Source: an uncultured Fibrobacteraceae bacterium
GTDB lineage: Bacteria; Krumholzibacteriota; Krumholzibacteriia; LZORAL124-64-63
Length of the DNA stretch: 64,000 nucleotides
Direction of reading: 5' to 3'
Assembly: GCA_964420395.1 (NCBI GenBank)
Contig: CAYQTJ010000002.1
Coordinates: 5,248-69,247, forward strand
Part shown: piece after piece, positions 55,129 to 64,000 of the stretch
Position numbering within the stretch: position 1 is the first letter of the stretch
How the letters are laid out: each line of letters starts with the position of its first letter
Notes under the pieces: model-generated
What the model was told of the DNA's origin: nothing
Seen by the model: only the letters and a program-made list of their open reading frames with translations
Databases searched by the model: none
Position numbers and translations under genes: made by a program

Positions 55129-55371
55129 GGACGGCTCCGTTGGTCGGGACGGGGCTTCAAGGGTCCGGAATGAAAAGAAGAGTCAAATCAACCTGCTTAT
55201 GATAACGGCAACGCGGAATCGCGCATCCCGCCCGGGAGGGCCGCCGCCCGGCCCGAGAGACATTGATCACCCCTGGCTGAATTGGTATTTTCACTTGGTC
55301 GCCGGTGATCCGCGGGCGCTCCCCCGGTTCTCGGCGCCGGCGGCGGGAGCAGCGTTGAACCTCGACCCGGG

Positions 55372-58138
55372 TATGGCGCGGCCGCGGACGGAGGTCGCGG
55401 CGCGATGCCGGGCGGCCTCCTGCCTGTGCGCCTGCCTGGCGGCCGTCGCTTCGTGCGCCGGACCGGCCCGGGCGCGGGTGGTTGCCCCGAACGAACCGGT
55501 CGTGGCCCGCGAGGCTTCCGGCGGCGGGCACGTCATCGACGGCTCGTACGTGATGAACATCGGCGAACTGCAGTTGAACATCACGAACTTCGGGCTGATC
55601 GGCTCCCAGTACACCGTCGTCTCCACCTACTCCGACGCTCCCTCGGGCCAGTGGCCCGCCGGCTCCGGCAACGAGTACCTCTGGGGCGCCGGCCTCTGGA
55701 TCGGCGGGGTGAACAACGCGCAGCGCTGCGTCTCGACCGGGCTGTACGAACGCGAGCTGCGGCCGCTCGGCCGCGTCGTGGACACGATCTACGAGGCGCG
55801 CAACGGGCAGATCGTCCGCCCGGCGGGCAACCCGGGGATCCACGGCCGGCGCCTGCCGCAGCAGGGCTGCGACGACGACGGCGACGGGCACATCGACGAA
55901 GAGCTCCTCAACGGGTTCGACGACGACGGGGACGGCCTCGTGGACGAGGACTTCGGCCAGCTCGGCCAGCAGATGATGGCCTGCACGATGTACGACAACG
56001 CCCCGGTGTCGCGGGAGCAGTATCCGGATCACGTCCCCATGGATCTGAAGATCGTGCAGACCAGCTTCGGCTGGGACGCGCCCGAATTCCGCGACTTCGT
56101 GGGGCTGAGCTATGCGATCACCAACGTCGGCACGGCCACGATCGAGGATGTCTACATCGGCTTCCTCGTGGACTGCGACATCGGTCCGCGCGACCGGCCG
56201 GAGGCGGCGATGGACGATCTGGCCGGCTTCTTCGACGGACCGGTGCGCGCCACGGACGGCACCTGGACGAACGTCACCGTGGGCTACATGCACGACGGCG
56301 CGGACCAGGATCCGCTGCCGGGGTACTTCGGCGTCATCTTCCTCGGGCCCGAGGGCTCGGCCGCGACCCGGATCCGCGCGTTCCGCAGCTTCACCGGCCT
56401 GCAGCCCTACGAATCGGGCGGGGAACCGGTGAACGACGGGCAGCGGTACGACGTGCTCTCCTCGGCGCGGCGGGACCCCGACACGGACCCACGGGAGAAG
56501 AACGATTACCGGTTCCTGGTCTCGGTGGGGCCGTGGACCTCGCTGCCGCCCGGCGCCAGCATGCAGGTGGACCTGGCGCTGACCGCCGGAATGGGCCTGG
56601 AGGGCCTGCTGTCGGGCTGCGCCGACGCGCTGGCCGCGTGGCGGGGCCAGTACTACGATCTCGACGGCGACCCGCACACCGGCACGCGCGGGCGGGAGAC
56701 CAAGGTCTGCTTCTCGCAGCTGCCGCGGCCGGGCAGCCCGTTCTACAGCCGGTGCGCCGACTTCTTCGACGTGTCGTGCGTGGGGGATGATGTTCCCCGG
56801 ACCCTGATCCAGCCGGAGGACTTCACCTACGATGACGGCCAGTACTGCATCTGGGTCAACATGGACGACTGCGACGAGTGCGAGCGGCGCTCCGGGCAAC
56901 GGTGCACGCGGGACGACCGCCTGTTCGAGCAGTACTGGAACTGCAACCAGGAGGGATGGCCTTTCTACCGGCCGACGCAGGCGATGATCGGCTGCACGGG
57001 GATCCACGGCGCGGAGGGTCGCGTGCCGTTCGTGGTCGACCGGTTTCCGCCCCCGCCGCCCGGTCTGCGCGTGGAGCCGGGCGACGACGCGGTCCATGTC
57101 TACTGGAACGACGACAGCGAGTACGCCGTCGATCCCCAGCTCGGCATCATCGATTTCGAGTCGTACCGGATCTGGCGCTCCGACAACTGGGACCGGCCGT
57201 TCGGCACGTCGCTGGCGAACGGGCCCGAGAGCGGCTCCTGGCAGCTGCTCGACGAGTTCGACGTGGCGAGCTGGTACGTGTGGGACCGGATCGTGCGAGG
57301 CGTCACCCTCCGCGACACGGTCCCGCTGGGGCGCAACACCGGCCTGGCGGGCATCGCCCACCGTCCCGTCTGCCTCGACGATCCGCGCCTGGCCGGGCTG
57401 GCGGAAGCGATGCAGGCGGTCGTGGACGGCGACACGCGGGACGCCTGGAAGGTCCGCCCGCCGCTGCGTGGGGCGGACGGCGCGCCGGTCGCCGGACTCG
57501 AATCGCTGCTGCCGTGGGAGCGGTACCCGGCCGCCCTCGACACGTTCTTCATGACGACCACCCGCGTGGCCGACCCCGCCCACGGCGTCGTGGGCAAGCG
57601 CGGCAGCCGCTTCTACGAGTACGTGGACGATCGGGTCCACAACGGCTTCGTCTACTTCTACTCGGTGACGGCGACCGACCAGCGCATCGTCTGGGAGGGG
57701 AACGCGCCGATCGTGCGGGGCGAGGGGCTTTCCGGGCCGCCCGGCTCGTCCTTCACCAACGTGCGGCCCGGCACGCCCGCCCAGAGCCTGGAGGAGCGGG
57801 AGCGCGTCGGCGCGAACATCTTCGTCTACCCCAACCCCGCCACCCGCGCCAGCCTCGCCGAGTTCCAGCGGTTCCACCCCAACGCGGACGACCCCACCGG
57901 CGAGCGGGTCATGTTCGCGAACCTGCCCGCCTGCCGGAGCCGCATCGGCATCTACTCCGAGGACGGCGACCTCGTGCAGGAGATCTGGCACGACGGCACG
58001 ACCGGCCGCGGCGAGGCCTCCTGGAATCTCGTCAGCCGCAGCGGGCAGGAGGTGGTTTCCGGCATCTACCTCTACGCCGTCCAGCCGGATAACCACAGCT
58101 TCCGGCGCTTCATCGGGAAGTTCGTCGTCATCCGGTGA
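55372..58138 (+). CDS. Large secreted protein (~920 aa) with acidic Ca-binding-type repeats (DDDGDG...) and a C-terminal T9SS sorting domain
   Basis: The ATG at 55372 gives the signal peptide MARPRTEVAARCRAASCLCACLAAVASCAGPARA. The thrombospondin-type-3-like region is DDDGDGHIDEELLNGFDDDGDGLVDEDFG. The C-terminus (ANIFVYPNPATRASLAEFQ...RIGIYSEDGDLVQEI.......GEASWNLVSRSGQEVVSGIYLYAV) matches the T9SS C-terminal sorting consensus. Confidence 0.75.
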
Positions 58139-58227
58139 AGGCGCTTGCGGCCAGGATCGGCGGCGTGCGGTAATCTCCCCGCGGGCGGGCCGGACGCCCC
58201 GCCTTCCCCCAGCCCGGAGGCCGCATC

Positions 58228-59847
58228 ATGAACGAACCACCCCTCTTCCCCTTCCCCCACGACGACGCGGCGCTCGCGGCCCAGCGGCCGGCGCCGGTCT
58301 TCCAGCGGGCGTGGCTGCTGTCGGGCGAGCTGCGCGAGTGGCCGGGGCCGGTGCACGAGGTGCTGTCGCCGGTCTGCCTGCGGCAGCCGGACGGCTCGCT
58401 GAAGCAGGCGGAGCTCGGGCACTACCCGCGGCTCGGCGAGGCCGAGGCGCTGGCGGCGGTGGCCGCGGCGGCCGCCGCGTACGACCAGGGGCGGGGGGAG
58501 TGGCCGACGATGCCGGTGGCCGCGCGGATCCGGGCGGTGGAGGACTTCGCTTTGCGGATGCGGGCGCAGCGGGAGGAGATGGTGCGGCTGCTGATGTGGG
58601 AGATCGGCAAGACGCGCGGCGACAGCGAGAAGGAGTTCGACCGCACGCTGCAGTACATCCGCGACACGATCGACGCCCTGAAGGACCTCGACCGGGTGTC
58701 GTCGCGGTTCACGATCGCCGAGGGGATCCTGGCGCAGATCCGGCGGGCGCCGCTCGGGGTGACGCTCTGCATGGGGCCGTACAACTACCCGCTCAACGAG
58801 ACGTTCACCACGCTCATCCCGGCGCTGCTCATGGGCAACACCATCGTCTTCAAGCCGGCGAAGTTCGGCGTGCTGCTGCTGCGGCCGCTGCTCGAGGCGT
58901 TCCGCGACGCGTTCCCGGCCGGGGTCGTCAACACGGTGTACGGCGAGGGGCGCACGATCATCGGGCCGATGCTGTCGTCGGGGAAGGTCGACTGCCTGGC
59001 GTTCATCGGCACGGCGCGCGTGGCCGACACCCTGAAGAAGCAGCACCCGTCGCCGCACCGGCTGCGCTGCGTGCTGGGGCTCGACGCCAAGAACCCCGCC
59101 ATCGTCCTGGCGGACGCCGACCTCGAGCTGGCGCTGTCCGAGTGCCTGCTCGGGGCGCTCTCGTTCAACGGGCAGCGCTGCACGGCGCTCAAGATCCTGT
59201 TCGTGCACGAAGCGGTCTACGCGCCGTTCCTGGCGGGGCTGGCGGAGCGGGTGGAGAGGCTCGCGTGCGGGCTGCCCTGGGTGCCGGGGACGCAGATCAC
59301 GCCGCTGCCGGAGGCGGGCAAGACCGCCTACCTGGCCGGCCTCGTGGAGGACGCCGTGACGCTCGGGGCGCGGGTGGTCAATCCGGGCGGGGCGCGGGTC
59401 GAGGGGACCTTCTTCGCGCCGGCCGTGGTGGCGCCGGTCGACGCGCGGATGCGGCTGTGGCGCGAGGAGCAGTTCGGGCCGGTGGTGCCGGTCGTGCCGT
59501 TCCGGTCGGTGGACGAGCCGTTGCGCTACATCGTGGAGTCGAACTACGGGCAGCAGGTGAGCGTGTTCGGCCGCGATCCGGCGGCGCTGGGCGCCCTGAT
59601 CGATCCGCTGGTCAACCAGGTCAGCCGCGTGAACCTCAACAGCCAGTGCCAGCGCGGGCCGGACGTCTTCCCGTTCACGGGGCGCAAGGACTCGGCCGAG
59701 GGGACGCTGTCGGTGTCGGACGCGCTGCGGGTGTTCTCGATCCGCGCGCTCGTGGCGGCCAAGGGGACCGACGAGAACAAGGCGCTCGTGACCGAGATCC
59801 TGCGGGAGCGGCGGTCGAACTGGCTGTCGACGGACTTCCTGTTCTGA
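58228..59847 (+). CDS. gapN: Aldehyde dehydrogenase family, GapN-like (NADP-dependent non-phosphorylating glyceraldehyde-3-phosphate dehydrogenase)
   Basis: ALDH motifs: FNGQRCTALK (catalytic Cys), GPYNYPLNE and the EEQFGPV region. The length and N-terminus fit the GapN subfamily. RBS GGAGG. Confidence 0.8.
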   Translation: MNEPPLFPFPHDDAALAAQRPAPVFQRAWLLSGELREWPGPVHEVLSPVCLRQPDGSLKQAELGHYPRLGEAEALAAVAAAAAAYDQGRGEWPTMPVAARIRAVEDFALRMRAQREEMVRLLMWEIGKTRGDSEKEFDRTLQYIRDTIDALKDLDRVSSRFTIAEGILAQIRRAPLGVTLCMGPYNYPLNETFTTLIPALLMGNTIVFKPAKFGVLLLRPLLEAFRDAFPAGVVNTVYGEGRTIIGPMLSSGKVDCLAFIGTARVADTLKKQHPSPHRLRCVLGLDAKNPAIVLADADLELALSECLLGALSFNGQRCTALKILFVHEAVYAPFLAGLAERVERLACGLPWVPGTQITPLPEAGKTAYLAGLVEDAVTLGARVVNPGGARVEGTFFAPAVVAPVDARMRLWREEQFGPVVPVVPFRSVDEPLRYIVESNYGQQVSVFGRDPAALGALIDPLVNQVSRVNLNSQCQRGPDVFPFTGRKDSAEGTLSVSDALRVFSIRALVAAKGTDENKALVTEILRERRSNWLSTDFLF

Positions 59848-59951
59848 GGCGGGGGGGGGCGCGGCCGGAATCGGCCTTGAACGCACGGATCGAAGCGCGG
59901 AGGGAGGCGGAAGCCGCGAGGTCTCGCCGGGGGGATACGGGAGCCGATCAG

Positions 59952-60623
59952 GTGAAGGTTCTGGCCGCATCCGACATCCATGGGAGCCACGCCGTCTATG
60001 CGTGGCTGGTCCGGAAGGCACGCGATAGTCGCGCTGACCTTCTGGTGCTGGCTGGAGATCTGCTCGGCTGCCCGGAGGGATTCGACACGGTCGAGGAGGC
60101 GCAGCGCGCCGACGCGGTCGCGATCGTGAGGATCCTCCAGGGCATGCGACTTCCCATCTACTACATCATGGGAAACGACGACCTGGTGGATCTGGACCCC
60201 CGATCGGATCAGTTCACCCCGATACATGGACGACGGGTGGAATTGAGCGGGGCGAATCTGGTGGGCTATCAGTTCAGCCTTCCGTTCGTTGGGGGGCCCT
60301 GCGAGAAGCCGGAAACGGAAATCCGTTCCGATCTGGCCCGGCTTGCCCCCATTCTGGATCCGGACACGCTCCTGGTCACCCACAGCCCGGCCTTCGGGGT
60401 GCTCGATCTTGGCTTGTTCGACAGTCACGCGGGAAGCCAGGCGATCCTGGATCTGGTGCGCGATCGGCAGGTGCGCGCCCACGTGCACGGTCACGTGCAC
60501 GAGCAGTTCGGCCGGCAGGATCGCCACTTCAATGTGGCCTCGGGCGGGCGGCGCAGAGCGATGCTGATCGATCTCGAAACGCTGGTGGCGAACGTGGAGG
60601 ACGGGCAGGCGGGGCCTGAATGA
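59952..60623 (+). CDS. Calcineurin-like metallophosphoesterase
   Basis: MKVLAASDIHGSH...LVLAGDLLG...IMGNDD...VTHSP...VHGHVHEQ. GTG start; there is no in-frame ATG. Confidence 0.7.
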   Translation: MKVLAASDIHGSHAVYAWLVRKARDSRADLLVLAGDLLGCPEGFDTVEEAQRADAVAIVRILQGMRLPIYYIMGNDDLVDLDPRSDQFTPIHGRRVELSGANLVGYQFSLPFVGGPCEKPETEIRSDLARLAPILDPDTLLVTHSPAFGVLDLGLFDSHAGSQAILDLVRDRQVRAHVHGHVHEQFGRQDRHFNVASGGRRRAMLIDLETLVANVEDGQAGPE

Positions 60624-60687
60624 TGAACGATCACGGCGGGCGGAGACCGGGGTCGCCGCCCGACGTCAGGATGCTGCAACTCGGCGC

Positions 60688-61188
60688 CTAGCCCTTGTTG
60701 TCGGCCCTTCCGCACTCCGGACCGTGGCGATGCCCGTTCTGGCCGTGGCCGCAGCCGTGCGGGCCGCCGTGTCCCTGTCCGGGGCCGTGCTGGTGGCCGT
60801 GTCCGTGACCCTGACCGTGGCCCTGACCCTGGCCGTGGTGGGCGCAGGCGCCGGCGGGGTCGGCGCGGCGGAGCGAGCCGTCGGCGAGGGCGGCGAGGGT
60901 CGCCTTCACGTCGGGGCGGTCGCTGATCCAGACCTCCAGGCCCGACTCGCGCAGGCGGGTGAGGGCGCCCAGGCCGATGCCGCCGACCACGAGGGCGTCG
61001 AGCGGCTCGCCGCGCAGGGCGTCGAGCGGGCGGCACATGCCGTGGGCGTGGTGCTGGTTGCCGTTGGGGAGGGCGCGGCTGGCGCTCGTCTCCGTGTCGA
61101 CGACCAGGAACAGCGGGGCCGAGCCGAAGTGGCCGCAGACCGGACTGTCCAGGCCGCGGTCCTCGTTCACCGGGATGCAGACTTTCAT
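60688..61188 (-). CDS. NifX/NifB-like (dinitrogenase FeMo-cofactor-binding domain family) protein with a His/Gly-rich C-terminal tail
   Basis: MKVCIPVNEDRGLDSPVCGHFGSAPLFLVVDTE...DALVVGGIGLGALTRL matches the NifX_NifB domain. The tail (HGQGQGHGQGHGHGHQHGPGQGHGGPHGCGHGQNGHRHG) suggests metal binding. RBS AAGAGGA. Confidence 0.7.
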   Translation of the reverse strand: MKVCIPVNEDRGLDSPVCGHFGSAPLFLVVDTETSASRALPNGNQHHAHGMCRPLDALRGEPLDALVVGGIGLGALTRLRESGLEVWISDRPDVKATLAALADGSLRRADPAGACAHHGQGQGHGQGHGHGHQHGPGQGHGGPHGCGHGQNGHRHGPECGRADNKG

Positions 61189-61541
61189 TCCTCTTTCCCT
61201 TCTCCGTTTCGCCAGCGGCACCGGCCGTGGCCGCAGCCTGCGCCGCGGGTGTCGGGCCGGACCGGGCCACCTTCGATCCTCAGCGCCATGCCGTCGAGGA
61301 GGGCGCCGGCCACCTTGCGCCGCGCCGACTCCACGATCCGTCCGAACGTGGCGCGCGAGACCCCCATGCGGGCGGCCGCCTCCTCGTGATAGAGCCCCTC
61401 GCGGTCGGCGAGGCGGAGCGCCTCGAACTCGTCCAGCGAGACGACGACCTCGGCCAGTTCGTGCGTCGGGACGCCGGCCGGCTTGAACAGGCTCACGGCG
61501 GGGCGGGCGGCGACGCGACGGCAGCAGGGGGGCCTGGGCAT
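61185..61541 (-). CDS. DUF134 family protein (putative sigma-70 region-4-like DNA-binding protein)
   Basis: MPRPPCCRRVAARPAVSLFKPAGVPTHELAEVVVSLDEFEALRLADREGLYHEEAAARMGVSRATFGRIVESARRKVA is canonical DUF134. The stop overlaps the NifX-like start as ATGA. GGAGG lies 9 nt upstream of the ATG. Confidence 0.65.
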   Translation of the reverse strand: MPRPPCCRRVAARPAVSLFKPAGVPTHELAEVVVSLDEFEALRLADREGLYHEEAAARMGVSRATFGRIVESARRKVAGALLDGMALRIEGGPVRPDTRGAGCGHGRCRWRNGEGKEE

Positions 61542-61857
61542 GGGGCGACCTCCGTCCGGAATAATAAGCATATGCTCAGAAGTCGGCAAGCGGAATCGGG
61601 CGCGGAGGCCGGCAAAGCGGCGGCGCCGGCCGGCCGGCGGGGCCGCGGCCGCTTTCCGGTCAAGTGCGGCCTCCGGCAGGCCGATCCCCCTCTGGACGTT
61701 GCGGGACATGGAGTTCTGCGGCGGGGGGAGGGGCGCCGGCCGGCCCGCGCGGCGGCGCGCGGCCACGGAATTGCCGTTGCCGGTCGAGGGCGTTTGCTCG
61801 ACACTGTGTGCGGCCACGCCTCGCCGGGTGCCCGAAACGTGAAAGGCTTGCGCAGTA

Positions 61858-63753
61858 ATGAGTTGGGCGAATCGTATCTCGGACGTGACGGGCGCGGCGC
61901 CGGCCGGCCCGCGCCGGGCCGGCGAAACGGCGGTCGAGACCGGGGGGGGCGCGGTGCCCCGGGAGGCGATCCAGGAGCAGTACACTTGGGATCTCGCGCC
62001 GGTCTTCGACGGCTGGGAGGCCTGGGAGACGGAGTTCGCGGCGATCGAAGCCGCCCTGCCCGGTCTCGAGGCGCATCGCGGCACGCTGGGGCGCTCGGCC
62101 GGGGACCTGCTGGCCGCGCTCGAGGAGATCATGGCGTGGCGGCGGCGGCTCGGCGTGCTGAACGTCTACGCCTCGATGCGCAGCGACGAGGACACGCGCG
62201 TCGGCGAGCACACCGCGCGCGACGGGCGCTCCGACACGCTGGCGGTCCGCTTCGGCGAAGCGGTGGCCTGGTTCGAGCCCGAACTGCTGGCCGTCCCGCC
62301 GGCGACCATCGCCGCCTTCCTCGACCGCCTGCCGGAGCTGCGGCTGTACGCCCACTTCATCGACGACATCCAGCGCCTGCAGGAGCACACGCTCGACGCG
62401 GCGCGCGAGGAGCTGCTCGCGGGGGCGGCGAACCTGGCGCGGGGCGCCGGCCAGGTGTTCAACGCGCTCAACAACGCCGACCTCGTGTTCGGCGCGGTGC
62501 GCGACGAGCGGGGGCGCGAGGTCGAGCTGACCAAGGCGCGCTACGCGCGGTTCCTCCGCAGCCCCGACCGGCGGGTGCGGCGCGAGGCGTACGAGCGGTT
62601 CCACGACGCCTACGGGGCGGTGATCAACACCCTGGCGGCCAATCTGGACGCGAACGTGCGCAACCACGTGTTCTTCGCGCGGGCGCGGAAGTTCCCGGGG
62701 GCGCTCGAGGCGTCGCTGGGGCGCAACGCCATCCCGACCGAGGTGTTCCACGCGCTGGCGCGCACGGTGAACGGCCACGTCGACGTGGTCCACCGCTGGG
62801 CGGCGCTCAAGCGGCGGGTGCTCGGCGTCGACCGCCTGCACGACTACGACCTGTACGTGCCGCTCTTCCCCGAGGGGGAGTTCCGCTTCACGTACGACGA
62901 GGCGCAGGCGGTGCTGCTCGAGTCGCTGGCGCCGCTGGGGCCGGAGTACGTGGACATCGTGCGGCGCGGCTTCTCCGAGCGCTGGATCGACGTCCACGAG
63001 AACGCCGGCAAGCGGAGCGGGGCCTACTCGAGCGGCGCGTACGGCACGCCGCCCTACATCCTGCTCAACTGGTCCGACACCCCGCGCGACGTCTTCACGC
63101 TCGCCCACGAGATGGGCCACTCGCTGCACACCTGGCTCGCGACGCGGAACCAGCCGTACGTCTACGGGGACTACCCCATCTTCACGGCCGAGGTGGCCTC
63201 GACGCTCAACGAGGCGCTGCTGCTCGACCACCTGCTGCGCGGCACGACCGACCGCGCCCGGCGGCTGTTCCTGCTCGACCACTACATCTCGCAGATCAAC
63301 GACACCGTGTTCCGGCAGACGATGTTCGCGGAGTTCGAGTACCGCATCCACCGTCTGGGCGAGGAGGGCGAGACGCTGACGGCGGAGTCGCTCGACGGGC
63401 TGTACCTCGAGACGGTGGGGCGCTACTGGGGCCCGGACGTGGCGCTCGACCCGGTGCGCAGCGGACGGACCTGGTGCCGCATCCCGCACTTCTATTACAA
63501 TTTCTACGTCTACCAGTACGCCACCGCCTGCGCCGCCGCGACGACGCTCGCGCGCGGCATCCTGGCGGGCGAGCCGGGCGCGCGGGACCGGTACCTCGGC
63601 TTCCTGCGCTCGGGCAGCAGCCGCTATCCGGTGGACACCCTCCGGCTGGCGGGGGTCGACGTGACCACGCCCGCGCCGGTGGAGGGTGTGATCGCGCTGT
63701 TCGGCGAGCTGCTGACGGAGATGGAGCGGCTGCTGGAAGGGGAAAAAGGGTGA
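61858..63753 (+). CDS. pepF: Oligoendopeptidase F (M3B family)
   Basis: HEMGHSLH zinc motif, with the downstream Glu in ...FTAEVASTLNEALL. The length and architecture are typical of PepF. The first ~35 aa are low-complexity, so the true start may be downstream. Confidence 0.85.
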   Translation: MSWANRISDVTGAAPAGPRRAGETAVETGGGAVPREAIQEQYTWDLAPVFDGWEAWETEFAAIEAALPGLEAHRGTLGRSAGDLLAALEEIMAWRRRLGVLNVYASMRSDEDTRVGEHTARDGRSDTLAVRFGEAVAWFEPELLAVPPATIAAFLDRLPELRLYAHFIDDIQRLQEHTLDAAREELLAGAANLARGAGQVFNALNNADLVFGAVRDERGREVELTKARYARFLRSPDRRVRREAYERFHDAYGAVINTLAANLDANVRNHVFFARARKFPGALEASLGRNAIPTEVFHALARTVNGHVDVVHRWAALKRRVLGVDRLHDYDLYVPLFPEGEFRFTYDEAQAVLLESLAPLGPEYVDIVRRGFSERWIDVHENAGKRSGAYSSGAYGTPPYILLNWSDTPRDVFTLAHEMGHSLHTWLATRNQPYVYGDYPIFTAEVASTLNEALLLDHLLRGTTDRARRLFLLDHYISQINDTVFRQTMFAEFEYRIHRLGEEGETLTAESLDGLYLETVGRYWGPDVALDPVRSGRTWCRIPHFYYNFYVYQYATACAAATTLARGILAGEPGARDRYLGFLRSGSSRYPVDTLRLAGVDVTTPAPVEGVIALFGELLTEMERLLEGEKG

Positions 63754-64000
63754 CGACTTCCACGCTGACGGAACGCGGAGCCGGGCCGGTCCGCGCGGGA
63801 CGGGCCGTGGCGCTGATCCTGGTGGTCCTGGTGGCGGTTGCCGGCTGCGGCCGCGAGCGGGCCGCCCCGTCGCCGGCCGCGAAGGCCCCGGCGCCCGGGA
63901 CCGCGGCGCCCGAGGCCGCGGCGACGACGCCGGCCGCGGGGACGGCCCCGGAGCGGAGCGCGCCGGCCGCCGGCGGCGAGATCGCCGTGGCGGACAACAA
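63750..64000 (+). CDS. Probable lipoprotein; the N-terminal fragment runs off the window
   Basis: GTG start overlapping the pepF stop. RAGRAVALILVVLVAVAGCGRE has a lipobox AGC. The remainder is low-complexity Ala/Pro-rich. Confidence 0.35.
   Translation, partial: MTTSTLTERGAGPVRAGRAVALILVVLVAVAGCGRERAAPSPAAKAPAPGTAAPEAAATTPAAGTAPERSAPAAGGEIAVADN

Noticed and set aside
50975-55173. 1288-aa (minus) and 1201-aa (plus) ORFs overlapping the kinase and lipoprotein genes
   Set aside because: These are alternative-frame artefacts of 70% GC DNA. The kinase (52222..55128) and lipoprotein (50453..52213) frames have clear catalytic motifs and signal sequences.

Overview
This window is a 64 kb, very GC-rich (about 70% by eye) bacterial chromosomal segment. 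Coding density is high and genes sit on both strands. Because of the GC content, the six-frame track is full of long spurious ORFs (for example 7106..12850, 1914 aa; 6812..10315; 50975..54841; 24945..27020). I called genes only where the translated product looks like a real protein family, has a plausible RBS and start, and fits its neighbours. I did not recognise any rRNA, tRNA or CRISPR array.

Several secreted proteins end in a T9SS-type or FlgD-Ig-like sorting domain (6178..6990, 7106..10051, 55372..58138). That points to a high-GC organism related to the FCB superphylum (Gemmatimonadetes- or Eisenbacteria-like). This placement is an inference.

Gene content is mostly housekeeping, envelope and energy metabolism:
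- M16 peptidase, SppA, PrpA-like phosphatase and a two-cysteine DsrC/TusE
- a cluster of T9SS cargo and cohesin-domain proteins, then DUF885, bacterioferritin, Fpg and DjlA
- nitroreductase, Pcm, sulfatase, TerC and NhaA
- a six-gene hdrCBA-flxD/C/B/A-like NAD(P)H:heterodisulfide/DsrC reductase operon, with motAB opposite it
- an ORF6N protein, an APC permease and an OmpA protein
- a block flanked by alternating REP (BIME-like) palindromes, holding a DMT transporter and an RtcR-like CARF/sigma-54 activator divergent from a patatin-Omp85 phospholipase
- a ~3.9 kb lower-GC island with a triple-GAF PP2C phosphatase and degenerate tandem remnants of a beta-helix protein
- two class-C-like serine hydrolases, DinB, an Ig-like lipoprotein, a TPR Ser/Thr kinase divergent from a Ca-binding T9SS giant protein
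- GapN, a DUF134/NifX-like His-rich pair and PepF

The most unusual loci are the RtcR-like regulator with no rtcBA, the repeat-bounded block and its neighbouring low-GC island, the Hdr-Flx operon together with DsrC, and a 170 bp AT-rich segment carrying three copies of a ~22 bp motif next to the ORF6N gene.
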